Shown: piece after piece, positions 43,567 through 53,397 of the stretch
Position numbering within the stretch: the first letter of the stretch is position 1
How the letters are laid out: every line of letters begins with the position of its first letter
Source of the DNA: Candidatus Undinarchaeota archaeon
GTDB lineage: Archaea; SpSt-1190; JASMDC01
Direction: 5' to 3'
NCBI GenBank assembly: GCA_964519305.1
Contig: CAZFHY010000001.1
Location: 550,318-605,389 of the forward strand
DNA: 55,072 bases
The notes under the pieces: model-generated
What the model was told of the DNA's origin: nothing
What the model saw: only the letters and a program-made list of their open reading frames with translations
The model's database searches: none
Made by a program: the position numbers and the translations under genes

Positions 43567-45365
43567 ATCCTGCTGAATGGGTGGTGATGGAGCCACCTCC
43601 ACCGGGGACGTGCGCGGATAAGGATCTCATCGACCGGTACGCAATAGAGCTCGTCCTCGACACCGGTGGGTGTGCACTGGAGCACATTCCCGCCCTGGAC
43701 CGTCACATAGGTCATGGTGGGTGTGAAACCAAAGGGGAATATCTGGACACGGAAAACACGCGGTGGCAGGCGGAGCCCGGCCTTCCCCTCGGCGGTCGTC
43801 CAGTAATCGAACCGTGTCATACCCTCGCCCTCGATAGAAATCCCTTGAGAAGGCAGCACTCGAACGTGCGTGCGAGGGATAGGTCCACCATCGGGACCGA
43901 CAACACGTAGTGGGACAGTTATCACTTCGTTGAAAATGTGGTCAGTCAGTCCATCCTGGTCCACCCTGAGCAGATGGCAGCTCGGGCACGAAGCCAGCGA
44001 GACACGTTCGACGAATGGCTGGTCTTCCAGGATCGGTACGGGCCCGTGAGAGAACACCCATCGTGCCCCATAACCGAGCGTGCGCACAAGGGTTATGTTA
44101 TCGTCAGGTACCACATGCTCGGCGAACGATCCGGTGAAGAGGGCGATCTCCCTGAAGAAGGTAGGGGAGAGGATGATGCCCTCGGGATTATCGAGCTCAT
44201 TGAGCTCTGTCAGTATGCCCTGGTTGGTGCGCCAGATGTCCTCCCGGGCATCGGTATGAGGGTCGGCGGGGACCGTAAGGACACACCATCCGACCAATCC
44301 CGCCACCACGACAGCAGTGAGCTTGGGATCGCTACGTACCGCACGACGGACGCCCACCAGTGCCAGCGCCACGAGAGGCAGGAGTATGGTGACCACGAAC
44401 TTCCAACGGAAAAGGACCGGTGTGTATACCGCGAACACAAGAAGAGGAGCAGCGGCCCATGCCACAAGGAGTGGTACGGCCTCCGGCCGTTCGCCCTCGT
44501 CCCTTGACTTGAGCGCGATGCCAAGTGCGGCCAGCGCGACGATCGGCCAGCCTGCGAATCCGGGGAGGGTCCAGAAGGGTTCATGCTCGCCCCCGACCCC
44601 CCACTCCTCGGCCTGTGTGCGACCGGTCTCCTGCATCACCTTCAGGAAGATGGGAAGGCCGTTGGCGTAGAGGTACGCCGACCAGAGGAGCTGGCCCGCC
44701 ACGGCACCCGCGACGAACATGGAGAGAACATGGACCTCTCTGTCAACAGTACGTCCGCGGGCCCGGCGCCAGGCGCTGAGGAGTGCGAGGGAGAGCAGGC
44801 AGGGGCCGTAGTTGAGCTTGGTGAGCATCCCTAGGAAGGCCAACAGGAAACCCCGGCGAGCGGCCTGTCGATTACCGTCCAGAGCCTTGAGATAGAGAAC
44901 GTGGGTGGCCGCGTACAGGAAGCAGATCATGGCGGGGTGGAGCACAAGTCGTGCATACGAGATGAAAGCGGGATGGAAGGCGAGCACAGTGATCGTCGCC
45001 AGGGCCGTCCGCCTGTCCAGGAGCGAACGGAGCAGTAGGTAGTGGAGTGCCAGGGCCATACCAGCGAACCCCGCCACTACCAGATGGGAGGCCCAGAGTA
45101 TATCGCCTATGAACACGGTCACGGCAGCGATTACCGTAAAGAAACCGGGAGGATGGAGGATGAATACCTTGCCCAGAAGGCGTGGTACACCATCGACCAG
45201 GAGTGAGCGGGCAACGAGCATGTCCCGGTAGGCATCGTGCGCGGTCGTCGAGTCGAACGCCTCGAGCGAGGCGACGGGCACGAGCTCCGCGTGGTCCCAT
45301 CCTATAGCGTACCACGTGGTGGCGAGCAGCACGAGCACCAGTGCTACCCGGTCCTCGGCCTCCAC
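43563..45365 (-). CDS. GT-C (family 39 / PMT_2-like) glycosyltransferase with C-terminal soluble domain
   Basis: HDAY...A, HPPGF, FHPAFI, GMLTK motifs and many TM helices; start GTG 45365 (or ATG 45383). Confidence 0.82.
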   Translation of the reverse strand: MEAEDRVALVLVLLATTWYAIGWDHAELVPVASLEAFDSTTAHDAYRDMLVARSLLVDGVPRLLGKVFILHPPGFFTVIAAVTVFIGDILWASHLVVAGFAGMALALHYLLLRSLLDRRTALATITVLAFHPAFISYARLVLHPAMICFLYAATHVLYLKALDGNRQAARRGFLLAFLGMLTKLNYGPCLLSLALLSAWRRARGRTVDREVHVLSMFVAGAVAGQLLWSAYLYANGLPIFLKVMQETGRTQAEEWGVGGEHEPFWTLPGFAGWPIVALAALGIALKSRDEGERPEAVPLLVAWAAAPLLVFAVYTPVLFRWKFVVTILLPLVALALVGVRRAVRSDPKLTAVVVAGLVGWCVLTVPADPHTDAREDIWRTNQGILTELNELDNPEGIILSPTFFREIALFTGSFAEHVVPDDNITLVRTLGYGARWVFSHGPVPILEDQPFVERVSLASCPSCHLLRVDQDGLTDHIFNEVITVPLRVVGPDGGPIPRTHVRVLPSQGISIEGEGMTRFDYWTTAEGKAGLRLPPRVFRVQIFPFGFTPTMTYVTVQGGNVLQCTPTGVEDELYCVPVDEILIRARPRWRWLHHHPFSRI

Positions 45366-45387
45366 GGAGGATAGGATGAACATATGG

Positions 45388-45395
45388 TTTATAAA
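45388..45395. promoter_or_regulatory. Bidirectional TATA box (GT-C / pfkB)
   Basis: Palindromic TTTATAAA about 26 nt from GTG 45365 and GTG 45417. Confidence 0.65.
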
Positions 45396-45416
45396 GATGG
45401 GGACTCCCGGGGCGGT

Positions 45417-46289
45417 GTGGACGCCCCGGACATCGTGGTGGTCGGCCATCTCACGCACGACCGCATCGTACGCGGCTCGCAAGAGGACGCGTGCATGGGA
45501 GGCGTCCCCGCGCATTTCGGTCTGACCGTTGCCGCTCTTGGTCTGACAACAGGTGTGGTGACCACGGTGGGCCCCGACCTCGATCCGGAACACCTCCGTG
45601 TCCTGCACGCTGCAGGTATCGACCTCACAGGAGTCCACATAGGTCAGGCGCCCACGACGACGTTCGTGAACATCTACGACGGAGGACATCGGATTCAGGA
45701 GTGTCCCGCCGTCGCTGACGGTATCGGTCCTGATGATGTACCGGCCGTATATGAGAAAGCCCGCGCCATCCACCTTGGACCGCTCATGGGCGAGATAGAT
45801 CCTGCGGTGGTCGACCGGTTCCCCAGTGCGTTGATATCAATGGACGTTCAGGGGCTTGTGCGTCGACGTGATGGTCCACGGGTCCTGTCACAGTCCCTCG
45901 ATCACGATACACTCCCTCGACGGCTCGACGTGATCAAGCTCGGTGAGGACGAGCTTGAGCTGGCCACGGGTGTCACTGACGTAGTGGAGGGTTCGGAGAT
46001 CGCGGTTGAGCTCGGGGCCCGCATATCCATCGTCACCCTGGGCGGCCGTGGTTCGCACGTGTACGACGGACGACACCACGACATCCCCGCTTTCCCGGTC
46101 GAAGAGGTGGACCCCACCGGTGCTGGTGACGCCTACATGGCCGGTTTCCTGGACGCGCTCCTCGCGGAGCGTGAAGTGGCTGATTGCGGCCGGTTCGCCG
46201 CCGCATGCGGTGCTTTGTGCGTTACTAGCGTGGGCTCGGGCTTCGCGCATTCCCGCAAGGAGGTGGAGCTGCTCGCATGGGCGACATGA
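45417..46289 (+). CDS. PfkB/ribokinase family carbohydrate kinase
   Basis: GHLTHD, GG, VTLGGRG, VDPTGAGDAY motifs. Confidence 0.92.
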   Translation: MDAPDIVVVGHLTHDRIVRGSQEDACMGGVPAHFGLTVAALGLTTGVVTTVGPDLDPEHLRVLHAAGIDLTGVHIGQAPTTTFVNIYDGGHRIQECPAVADGIGPDDVPAVYEKARAIHLGPLMGEIDPAVVDRFPSALISMDVQGLVRRRDGPRVLSQSLDHDTLPRRLDVIKLGEDELELATGVTDVVEGSEIAVELGARISIVTLGGRGSHVYDGRHHDIPAFPVEEVDPTGAGDAYMAGFLDALLAEREVADCGRFAAACGALCVTSVGSGFAHSRKEVELLAWAT

Positions 46290-47299
46290 GCCGTCTCCGG
46301 CCAATTGGACTGGTCATCCTGGCCTTCCTGATATACCACGTGGGCGTGGGCGAGCTCGTGGCACGCCTGCAGGCCGCAGACGTCGGATTGTTCCTGGCGG
46401 GATTCGCCATCCTCATCATATCAGGCCTCGTATTCCTCGTCCGGTGGCAGGTGCTCCTTCGCGGTATCGGTTACACCATACCTTGGCGGTCCGCCTATGA
46501 GATCACGCTCCTGGGTCTGTTCTCCAATCTCGTCACCCCCGGACGGCTCGGGGACATCCCCGTCCGCGCCTTCTTCCTCAAGCGGCGAGAAGGCATTCCG
46601 GTCAAGGACGGCCTCGCGACTACTTCGGGGGACCGCTATGTCGATATCATGTTCCTCATGGTCGTCGGCCTCGTCTCCTTCTGGCTCCTGACGGGGACCG
46701 CCGAGATCGCGACGCTCCAAGGGGCAGGTATGGCACAAGTACGCTCGGCCGTCGCGGTCGTGCTCCTCCTGATGGCGGCCGTACCGGCGATCGCCCTCAC
46801 CCGCACCGCGTTCTTCATCGGACTGCTCAGGCGTGTGCTACCTGAGCGCGCAGGCCCACACCTCGACACAGCTGAGGAGGCCGTTCCCCGCCTCGTGGAC
46901 AACCTCCGGACATTCCTTCACGGCCCCTCCCTGGCCGCCCTCATCGTGTGCACACCGGCCATGTGGATCCTGTACGCGTTATCGTTCCACATATATCTCC
47001 TCTCCTTCGGTGAGACGGCCGACCCGTGGCTCGTGCTCCCGGCGTTCTTCGTGGCCTATCTCTTCGGTCTGATGAGCATGGTCCCCGGTGGCATCGGTAC
47101 CTCGGACCTAGGCGTTGTGGCCATCCTGGCCTCGGCCGGGATCGACCGCTCGGCTGCGCTCATCGCGTCCATCGCGGTGAAGGTCACGAACCTCATTTAC
47201 GTCGGGTGCCTTTGCCTGCTCATACCTGACCGGGCGGCCATCGAGGAGGCCGCTACCGTGACAGAGGAAGTGCGAGAAGAACAAGAGGATGACGAGTAG
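46286..47299 (+). CDS. Lysylphosphatidylglycerol synthase TM / UPF0104 flippase-like protein
   Basis: RWQ, NLVTPGRLGD, DRYVD, PGGIG motifs; ATGA overlap with the pfkB stop. Confidence 0.88.
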   Translation: MSRLRPIGLVILAFLIYHVGVGELVARLQAADVGLFLAGFAILIISGLVFLVRWQVLLRGIGYTIPWRSAYEITLLGLFSNLVTPGRLGDIPVRAFFLKRREGIPVKDGLATTSGDRYVDIMFLMVVGLVSFWLLTGTAEIATLQGAGMAQVRSAVAVVLLLMAAVPAIALTRTAFFIGLLRRVLPERAGPHLDTAEEAVPRLVDNLRTFLHGPSLAALIVCTPAMWILYALSFHIYLLSFGETADPWLVLPAFFVAYLFGLMSMVPGGIGTSDLGVVAILASAGIDRSAALIASIAVKVTNLIYVGCLCLLIPDRAAIEEAATVTEEVREEQEDDE

Positions 47300-47362
47300 A
47301 AACATCCCCCCTCCAGTTCTTGTTCGTTCCAGAGATAGTTATATAACATTGTCAAGGGCCTA

Positions 47363-50300
47363 GTGCCCTCTGCCCCTGACAAGGGCATGCGGGATAGAAT
47401 GGGTAGTGTGAGAACATTGGTGTTTTTATCTAGAAGGAGCACCTCCGTAGCATTAGCGTGCCTGATAATCGTCCAGATTGCGCTCTCTGCAATGCTCCTT
47501 GCCCATAAGGCCCCTGAATGGGGCCTGGGTGAATGCTCCATCCTAAAGAACGCACAGCTCATGCTAGGACACAATCCCGGAGCGCTCGCCGCTAAGGGTG
47601 CTGCCCTTGCAGGCAACGCAGCTCTCATCCTGCTCGTCGCAGCGGTCCTCCGCGCAACGGGCTCAAGGAATGGCGCAATCCTTGCTGCCACGCTCCTCGC
47701 TGCTGCGCCCGCGGCCCTGCGCGGACCTTTCCTCTCAATAGGCGTCGGTCCCTTGTCCACCGGGCTGCTAATGCTCGCTGCGCTTCTGGTTTCCCTGAAC
47801 CGGGAGAGCAGCGCTCGATTGCGGAGCGATCTTCTCACCGGGGCCATGATCGGTCTTGGGCTTGTACGCTACAGATGGTTCGGCGCCCTTCTCCTGGGAC
47901 TCGTCTTCGCCCGGTACAGGCGCGGTGATGGTGGATGGTGGCGTCCTGCTGCTGTTGCGACTGTGGTCGCGCTCATCCTTGGTGCGCAAGGTGCTGTGAC
48001 GTTCATCAATCCCACGCTAACCGACAACGGTCCGGGCGGGGGGATGACCACCATCCTGCCGCCCACTGCAGCGGTAATGCTCCTGCTCGTGACAGCTGCC
48101 GCGTTAGCGGGTCTCCTACGCCCACAGGCCGGGACCACGGGTGAGCTCGCCGTAGCGGCGGGAGTCACCGGGATGATCGTACTGGTCATATCCCTTGGTA
48201 CGGCCGTTGATCCTATTCTGGTGAAGGAGGACCTGGCGCTGGCCTGGCTTATCCTCGTGCCTACTGCGGTCATCGGATTCGAGAGCCTCGTCCATCAGCC
48301 AGGTGATAAGATGCTCGCTCTTATTGCCGTGGCGGCGCTCGGTGTCGGGGACATCCTTCCACTCCCACTGGATTCGTGGCAGGGAATGCCCGTGTGCAGG
48401 GAGGTAAAGGAAGGATTCCTTGAGTGGGGATGGTCCACACAAGGTGGGACGAATTGCCCCGACGGCTCGACACCCTGGGAGGACTGCTTCTTCCGAGCAG
48501 GCCGTGATGTCACATGGGAGGGTGGTGATCCAATTCTCCCCGACGGGCTTTCAAGACCGGCCGAACACATCTACGCGCTCGGTGTCGGGGAGGGGCTCGC
48601 AGAGCGCCTGGGAACAGGTCGTGATAGCGAGGTCGCACGACTGTGCAGTGAGCTAGGACCTGAGCTAGAGGGAACATGTACTGCGGGCATAGGGTCCCGT
48701 TCGACAGCCGAGCTCATGGAGGAAAAGGCCCCGATCGTCACACCTTGCAGTGGGCTGGACGATAGACTGGGTGCCCTTTGCGCCCAAGGTCTTGGGGCCG
48801 GTATCCTTCTGAGGGCCCGGCGCCGAGGCATCCAGTTGGAGAACGGTATAGAGTTCTGTTCTCGTCTTCCTTCGGTGCATAGGGCGCACTGTATCAGAGG
48901 TTTCGCCCAGACACTGGGATTCACACGACGCGGGGCCAGTGATGTCGATCCCTCGAACTGGCGACATTGTATCGGACTGCCCGAGGACCACTATGTCCAG
49001 TGCATGGGAGGGCACGCGGCGAACTTCGGTTGGCCGGGCGAGTTGAGCCTCGAGAGCGGCATCAAGAGCTGTGTCAATCCGTTCCAGGAGCAGCACTCGA
49101 AGTTCTGCCTGGTGAACTTAGGCTGTTCCCTCGGATTCCACTTCAGCAGAGATACCCAGAGAGCATGGGACATCTGCAAGGGACTCCCGGACAATATCAT
49201 TGTCTATTGCGTGGAAGGGCTCGGTGATGGTATCGGTTTCGCGAATCCCGGGGACCTTACAAGCTCGGTGAAGGCATGCGAGGTACTCCCGATCGAACAC
49301 AGGTCCATCTGCTACCACCGGGTCGGAAACGACCTGGGGCTCTTCATGACGGACGATATACCAAGAGCGGTCGACCTCTGTACGAAGGCATCTGCGCGAG
49401 CAACGCCATACTGCTTGGAGGGTGCAGGTGAGGCCGTGGGATGGCCTACGGGGCCGAACATCACTGCATCGATGCTTGCATGCGAGGACTATCCTCCCGA
49501 ACTCAGGCACTACTGCCACTACGGTCTGTGCGAGAGCTATGGGTGCAAACTGGGGACGGATCCGGATGATCCCGTCGCTCTCTGGCACGAATTGCCCCCC
49601 GAAGGTAAACCGTTCTGCGCGGAAGGGCTCGGTGACAGCCTTGGATGGCGGTTCGGGTACAACGCGACCGATGCGATGGCCTTATGCGACTGGCTCCCCG
49701 AGGAGGACGACCGGGTACTGTGCTATCTCAATGTAGGGGATCGCATCCACTGGCGGTTCGGTAAGGGACCGGAGGCGGTCGAGCGATGCTTAGCGCTACC
49801 CCCCAAGAAATCTAATCCCTGCATGCGCGGGCTTGGACGCTTCGCGTCCTGGCAGTTCGGCTCCCTCCTTACCGGCAGAGAGAACACATGCGCGCACGAA
49901 CCGTTACAAGGAAGGCCTTTCTGTGCCATGATGTTCGGTCGGAACGTCCTGTTCAAGGAAGGAATGACGGCCGTAAAAGAAGCCTGTGACGGGCTGGCCG
50001 AGATGGCTCCCCATTGCTGGCGAGGTGTAGGCTGGGCGCTTGGCTGGCTCGTGAGGTCCGAAGGCCTACCGAAGACGGTCTGCACACAAGCAGGTGATCT
50101 TGCAGAATCCTGTCATAAAGGGATCTGTACGGGTCTTTCTGCCGTGCTCGGTGATACAGGGAAGGTGCTCGATACGGCGCAAGATCATGTCGAACGCGGG
50201 ACCTGCCTTCCCGGGATCGGTGCGGGTCTCGTCTGGTACGCTGATGACGACGCTGCAGTCGTTGCCGCGACGTGTGCAACCCTCCCTCTACCGGATGCGG

Positions 50301-50449
50301 ACGAATGCGCACAGGGCGCGGGTAAGGCCGTGGCCCAGGAATCTCTCTATCTTTATGGTACTACGGACAAGGCACGTGAATTCTGTGAAGCTATGAACAC
50401 GCCCCTGACCGAGGCCTGTCTCGCGGGGATTGGGAACGCATCGGTGTGA
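47363..50449 (+). CDS. Multi-TM N-terminus fused to ~18 Cys-paired helical repeats (paralog A)
   Basis: About 330 aa of TM helices, then C-x9-11-C-x2-G-x-G repeats; true start may be 47399 or 47408 by alignment to paralog B. Confidence 0.8.
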   Translation: MPSAPDKGMRDRMGSVRTLVFLSRRSTSVALACLIIVQIALSAMLLAHKAPEWGLGECSILKNAQLMLGHNPGALAAKGAALAGNAALILLVAAVLRATGSRNGAILAATLLAAAPAALRGPFLSIGVGPLSTGLLMLAALLVSLNRESSARLRSDLLTGAMIGLGLVRYRWFGALLLGLVFARYRRGDGGWWRPAAVATVVALILGAQGAVTFINPTLTDNGPGGGMTTILPPTAAVMLLLVTAAALAGLLRPQAGTTGELAVAAGVTGMIVLVISLGTAVDPILVKEDLALAWLILVPTAVIGFESLVHQPGDKMLALIAVAALGVGDILPLPLDSWQGMPVCREVKEGFLEWGWSTQGGTNCPDGSTPWEDCFFRAGRDVTWEGGDPILPDGLSRPAEHIYALGVGEGLAERLGTGRDSEVARLCSELGPELEGTCTAGIGSRSTAELMEEKAPIVTPCSGLDDRLGALCAQGLGAGILLRARRRGIQLENGIEFCSRLPSVHRAHCIRGFAQTLGFTRRGASDVDPSNWRHCIGLPEDHYVQCMGGHAANFGWPGELSLESGIKSCVNPFQEQHSKFCLVNLGCSLGFHFSRDTQRAWDICKGLPDNIIVYCVEGLGDGIGFANPGDLTSSVKACEVLPIEHRSICYHRVGNDLGLFMTDDIPRAVDLCTKASARATPYCLEGAGEAVGWPTGPNITASMLACEDYPPELRHYCHYGLCESYGCKLGTDPDDPVALWHELPPEGKPFCAEGLGDSLGWRFGYNATDAMALCDWLPEEDDRVLCYLNVGDRIHWRFGKGPEAVERCLALPPKKSNPCMRGLGRFASWQFGSLLTGRENTCAHEPLQGRPFCAMMFGRNVLFKEGMTAVKEACDGLAEMAPHCWRGVGWALGWLVRSEGLPKTVCTQAGDLAESCHKGICTGLSAVLGDTGKVLDTAQDHVERGTCLPGIGAGLVWYADDDAAVVAATCATLPLPDADECAQGAGKAVAQESLYLYGTTDKAREFCEAMNTPLTEACLAGIGNASV

Positions 50450-50490
50450 CCGAGCCTTTATAATTCTCCACCACGATAAGGACTGCCGTC

Positions 50491-53397
50491 GTGAGATACA
50501 TCGATACTCTATTGCGAACACGGACCATCATCTTACTGGTCTGTATGTTCACCGTCCAGGTCAGCCTCGCGGCCATCCTATTCTCCGAGTTTGGTTTGGG
50601 ACGGACGTGGATCGAATGCTCACTTGCACATATTGCCATGTTGGGACCGGCTGCACCCGTCACCCTCGGACCTCTGGTCGCAAAGGTCGGGGCCGTCGTT
50701 CTCGAGTGTGTCCTTCTCCTGGCCATCGGCGGCATCCTCATCACGCACGCGTCGTTCCGGGCTGCGATCGTGGGGACGGCCCTATTCGTCGCAACTCCTG
50801 AACCATTACGCAGACCGTTCCTCGTCCTTGGTGGCCCTGCAGCCCCATCATCGCTCTGGGCCGTCCTCGTCCTCTTCGCATACCTGGAATGGCGTAGAAC
50901 GAACGGGCGGAGGAACGCAGTTCTCCTGGGAGCTCTCGCGGGGGCCGGCGTGGCCTTTTCCACGGACCTGTTGCCCGTGCTCCTAGGCCTTGGGCTGGCG
51001 TACTTCCTGTCGCCCCTGGTCCGTCATCGAAGGTCCATCGTTGCAGCGCTCGTTATAATCAGTTGTCTCTTCCTACTGGCCGGCGAACGCGCTCAGGGGC
51101 AGGACACTCCCTTAGGCATCGCTGGGCATGTCCCTTCCATCCTCGCCATCATCCTCGTCCTGTCGGGGACGTTCATACCACTGATCTCACCTACCACGGG
51201 ACAAGGTAGCGAGCTCAACACTGCCGCGGGGGGAGCGGGTCTCATCCTGATAGCGACCTCGCTACTTTCGAGCTCGGTCACAGGGACGCTCGCTCTCGCC
51301 TGGATCATCCTCATCATTGCAGCTGCACCCTCCCTGACAAGACCGCCAGGCTCATTCCTCATCGGTTGTGTTGTCGTTGTTTGCCTCATTGACGGGCTCT
51401 ACCTTACAGACATCGCTGAGCAGAAGGACCTACACTCCCATCTTTGGGAGCAGTGCGTTCGCACTATCGCTCGGGCCGCTGCACGGGAAGGGATCGTACC
51501 TAGGATAGAGGGATTGCTCTCGAAGGACGCAGGCTACCACCTTGCCCTCGCATATGGTGAAGGACTGGCTGCCGGGGTCATCGACGCAAAGGAGCTCGTG
51601 CAACGCTGTGCCGTTCTGGGCTCCACGTCCGCGGAGGTATGCATCAAAGGTCTGGGATCAGGTACAGCACTACGCGTCTGGGAGGAACGGTCCATGACGG
51701 TCACACCCTGCGGTCCGCTCAATGGTGCATTGCGAACACACTGTCTTGAAGGCGTCGGGGCCGGGCTCTTCCTGGAGACGCGACGACAGGGGACCTCCCT
51801 TGAAGAGGGCATGGCGCTCTGTGCGCTCCTCCTCCCTCCGGACGTCCCCGTCTGCCTGAGGGGGTTCGGCCGTTCACTAGGTCACTCGCGCCCCACCCGT
51901 CCAGGAGAGATCCAATGGGACCGCTGCGCGCCCATCAGCGACCGCTATATCTATCACTGTTATTGGGGGCCAGCGGGGACATTTGGTTGGGAGATAGAAC
52001 CGACGGTCGAAGCGGCCATTGCCACTTGCATCGAACCCCATCCAGATAATCCATTGGAGACCAAGGTCTGTCTCACTAGGTTCGCGGGAGCAATGGGACT
52101 GCACCACCAGGGAGATACGGCCCGTGCCGTGTCCCTATGTGAAGAACTACCACCGCACACGATCTCCTACTGCCTTGAAGGGGTCAGTGACTACCTCGGA
52201 TGGTACCTTGTCGACGAACCCTCCCTTGGCCCCGGGGAGTGTGATCACTTCCCTCTGGAGAACCGGGGTGTATGCTACCAGATGCTAGGCAACGCCCTTG
52301 GCTGGTTCCACGTCGACCATCCCGAACTGGCGGTGGCCGCTTGTACCAGCCTCGTCGCCAAGGCCCGATCCCATTGCTACCAGGGACTGGGGGAAGCGTT
52401 CGGCTGGGAGACGGCACCCGATGTGGCCGCGTCCATCGCACGATGCGGCACCTTGCCCGTTGACGGCCGTCCATACTGCAATTTCGGACTGGGGGAGAGC
52501 TACGGGTGCAAGTACAACTCCCAGCTCGAGCGATCGGCCACGCTATGCGCTGCCCAGGAATTTGAGGGGCTCCTTCACTCCTCTGAGGGTTTTGGCTACA
52601 GCCAAGGATGGCAGTTCGGCCATGATCCTGTAGCGGCCATGGAGAGGTGTGACGTGCTCGCGGAGGGAGCTCCACGAGAGCTCTGTCGGCTCAGCGTCGG
52701 CGACCGTATTCTCTGGCAACATGGACATAGTCGCATAGATGCTATAGCCCTCTGTCGCACATTCCCTGAGGACCTCATGCTCACCTGTCTCAGGGGGCTC
52801 GGCAGGTACGATGGTTGGATGTTCGGAGCGGGGCTTACTGAACCCCGTGATATCTGCGCCGAAGAGCCCGCGGCCGGGAGGCCGTTCTGTGCTGAGATGT
52901 TCGGAAGGACCCTTGCTCTCAGGAACGGTTTCGACATGGCAGCTGCTGCATGCGATGGGCAGGACGAACAAACGCCTCACTGCTGGCGCGGTATCGGTTG
53001 GGCACTCGGCTGGATAGAGGGAGCGAGTGTATCCGCTGATGCATGTTCCTTGGCCGGCGGCCACAGGGAACAGTGCCTGGATGGCTTGTGCTCCGGGCGA
53101 ACCGCCGTCAAAGGTGTCGTCCTAGATGGGGGCCTCGATATGATTGAATGCGCTGTGGGGAGCGGAGCAGGCCTGTGGTGGCGGTATAACGGTGATGGGA
53201 TAAGAACGGCAGAGGACTGTTCATCGTTCCCTCCCGATGAGGCAGGAGCATGCTCTCAAGGAGCAGGTCTCGCTGCTGTCCGTGAGTCGCTCTATATGAC
53301 AGGAATCTCCACTGATGTCGAGTATATGTGCGAGACCATGGGGACGCTGATGGACGCATGCCTTATGGGCGTAGCGGAAGGCGTGCTTACTGAATGA
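50491..53397 (+). CDS. Multi-TM N-terminus fused to Cys-paired helical repeats (paralog B)
   Basis: Colinear with paralog A (ESYGCK, VGDRI, GRPFCA, PHCWRG.GWALGW, ESLY); TTTATAA box upstream. Confidence 0.82.
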   Translation: MRYIDTLLRTRTIILLVCMFTVQVSLAAILFSEFGLGRTWIECSLAHIAMLGPAAPVTLGPLVAKVGAVVLECVLLLAIGGILITHASFRAAIVGTALFVATPEPLRRPFLVLGGPAAPSSLWAVLVLFAYLEWRRTNGRRNAVLLGALAGAGVAFSTDLLPVLLGLGLAYFLSPLVRHRRSIVAALVIISCLFLLAGERAQGQDTPLGIAGHVPSILAIILVLSGTFIPLISPTTGQGSELNTAAGGAGLILIATSLLSSSVTGTLALAWIILIIAAAPSLTRPPGSFLIGCVVVVCLIDGLYLTDIAEQKDLHSHLWEQCVRTIARAAAREGIVPRIEGLLSKDAGYHLALAYGEGLAAGVIDAKELVQRCAVLGSTSAEVCIKGLGSGTALRVWEERSMTVTPCGPLNGALRTHCLEGVGAGLFLETRRQGTSLEEGMALCALLLPPDVPVCLRGFGRSLGHSRPTRPGEIQWDRCAPISDRYIYHCYWGPAGTFGWEIEPTVEAAIATCIEPHPDNPLETKVCLTRFAGAMGLHHQGDTARAVSLCEELPPHTISYCLEGVSDYLGWYLVDEPSLGPGECDHFPLENRGVCYQMLGNALGWFHVDHPELAVAACTSLVAKARSHCYQGLGEAFGWETAPDVAASIARCGTLPVDGRPYCNFGLGESYGCKYNSQLERSATLCAAQEFEGLLHSSEGFGYSQGWQFGHDPVAAMERCDVLAEGAPRELCRLSVGDRILWQHGHSRIDAIALCRTFPEDLMLTCLRGLGRYDGWMFGAGLTEPRDICAEEPAAGRPFCAEMFGRTLALRNGFDMAAAACDGQDEQTPHCWRGIGWALGWIEGASVSADACSLAGGHREQCLDGLCSGRTAVKGVVLDGGLDMIECAVGSGAGLWWRYNGDGIRTAEDCSSFPPDEAGACSQGAGLAAVRESLYMTGISTDVEYMCETMGTLMDACLMGVAEGVLTE

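Noticed and set aside
45384-45773. N-terminal extension of ORF 43563..45773
   Set aside because: It overlaps pfkB on the opposite strand; the promoter position supports a start at 45365-45383.
47363-53397. Multiheme cytochromes suggested by the Cys richness
   Set aside because: Cys pairs are spaced x9-11 and repeated CxxCH motifs are absent.
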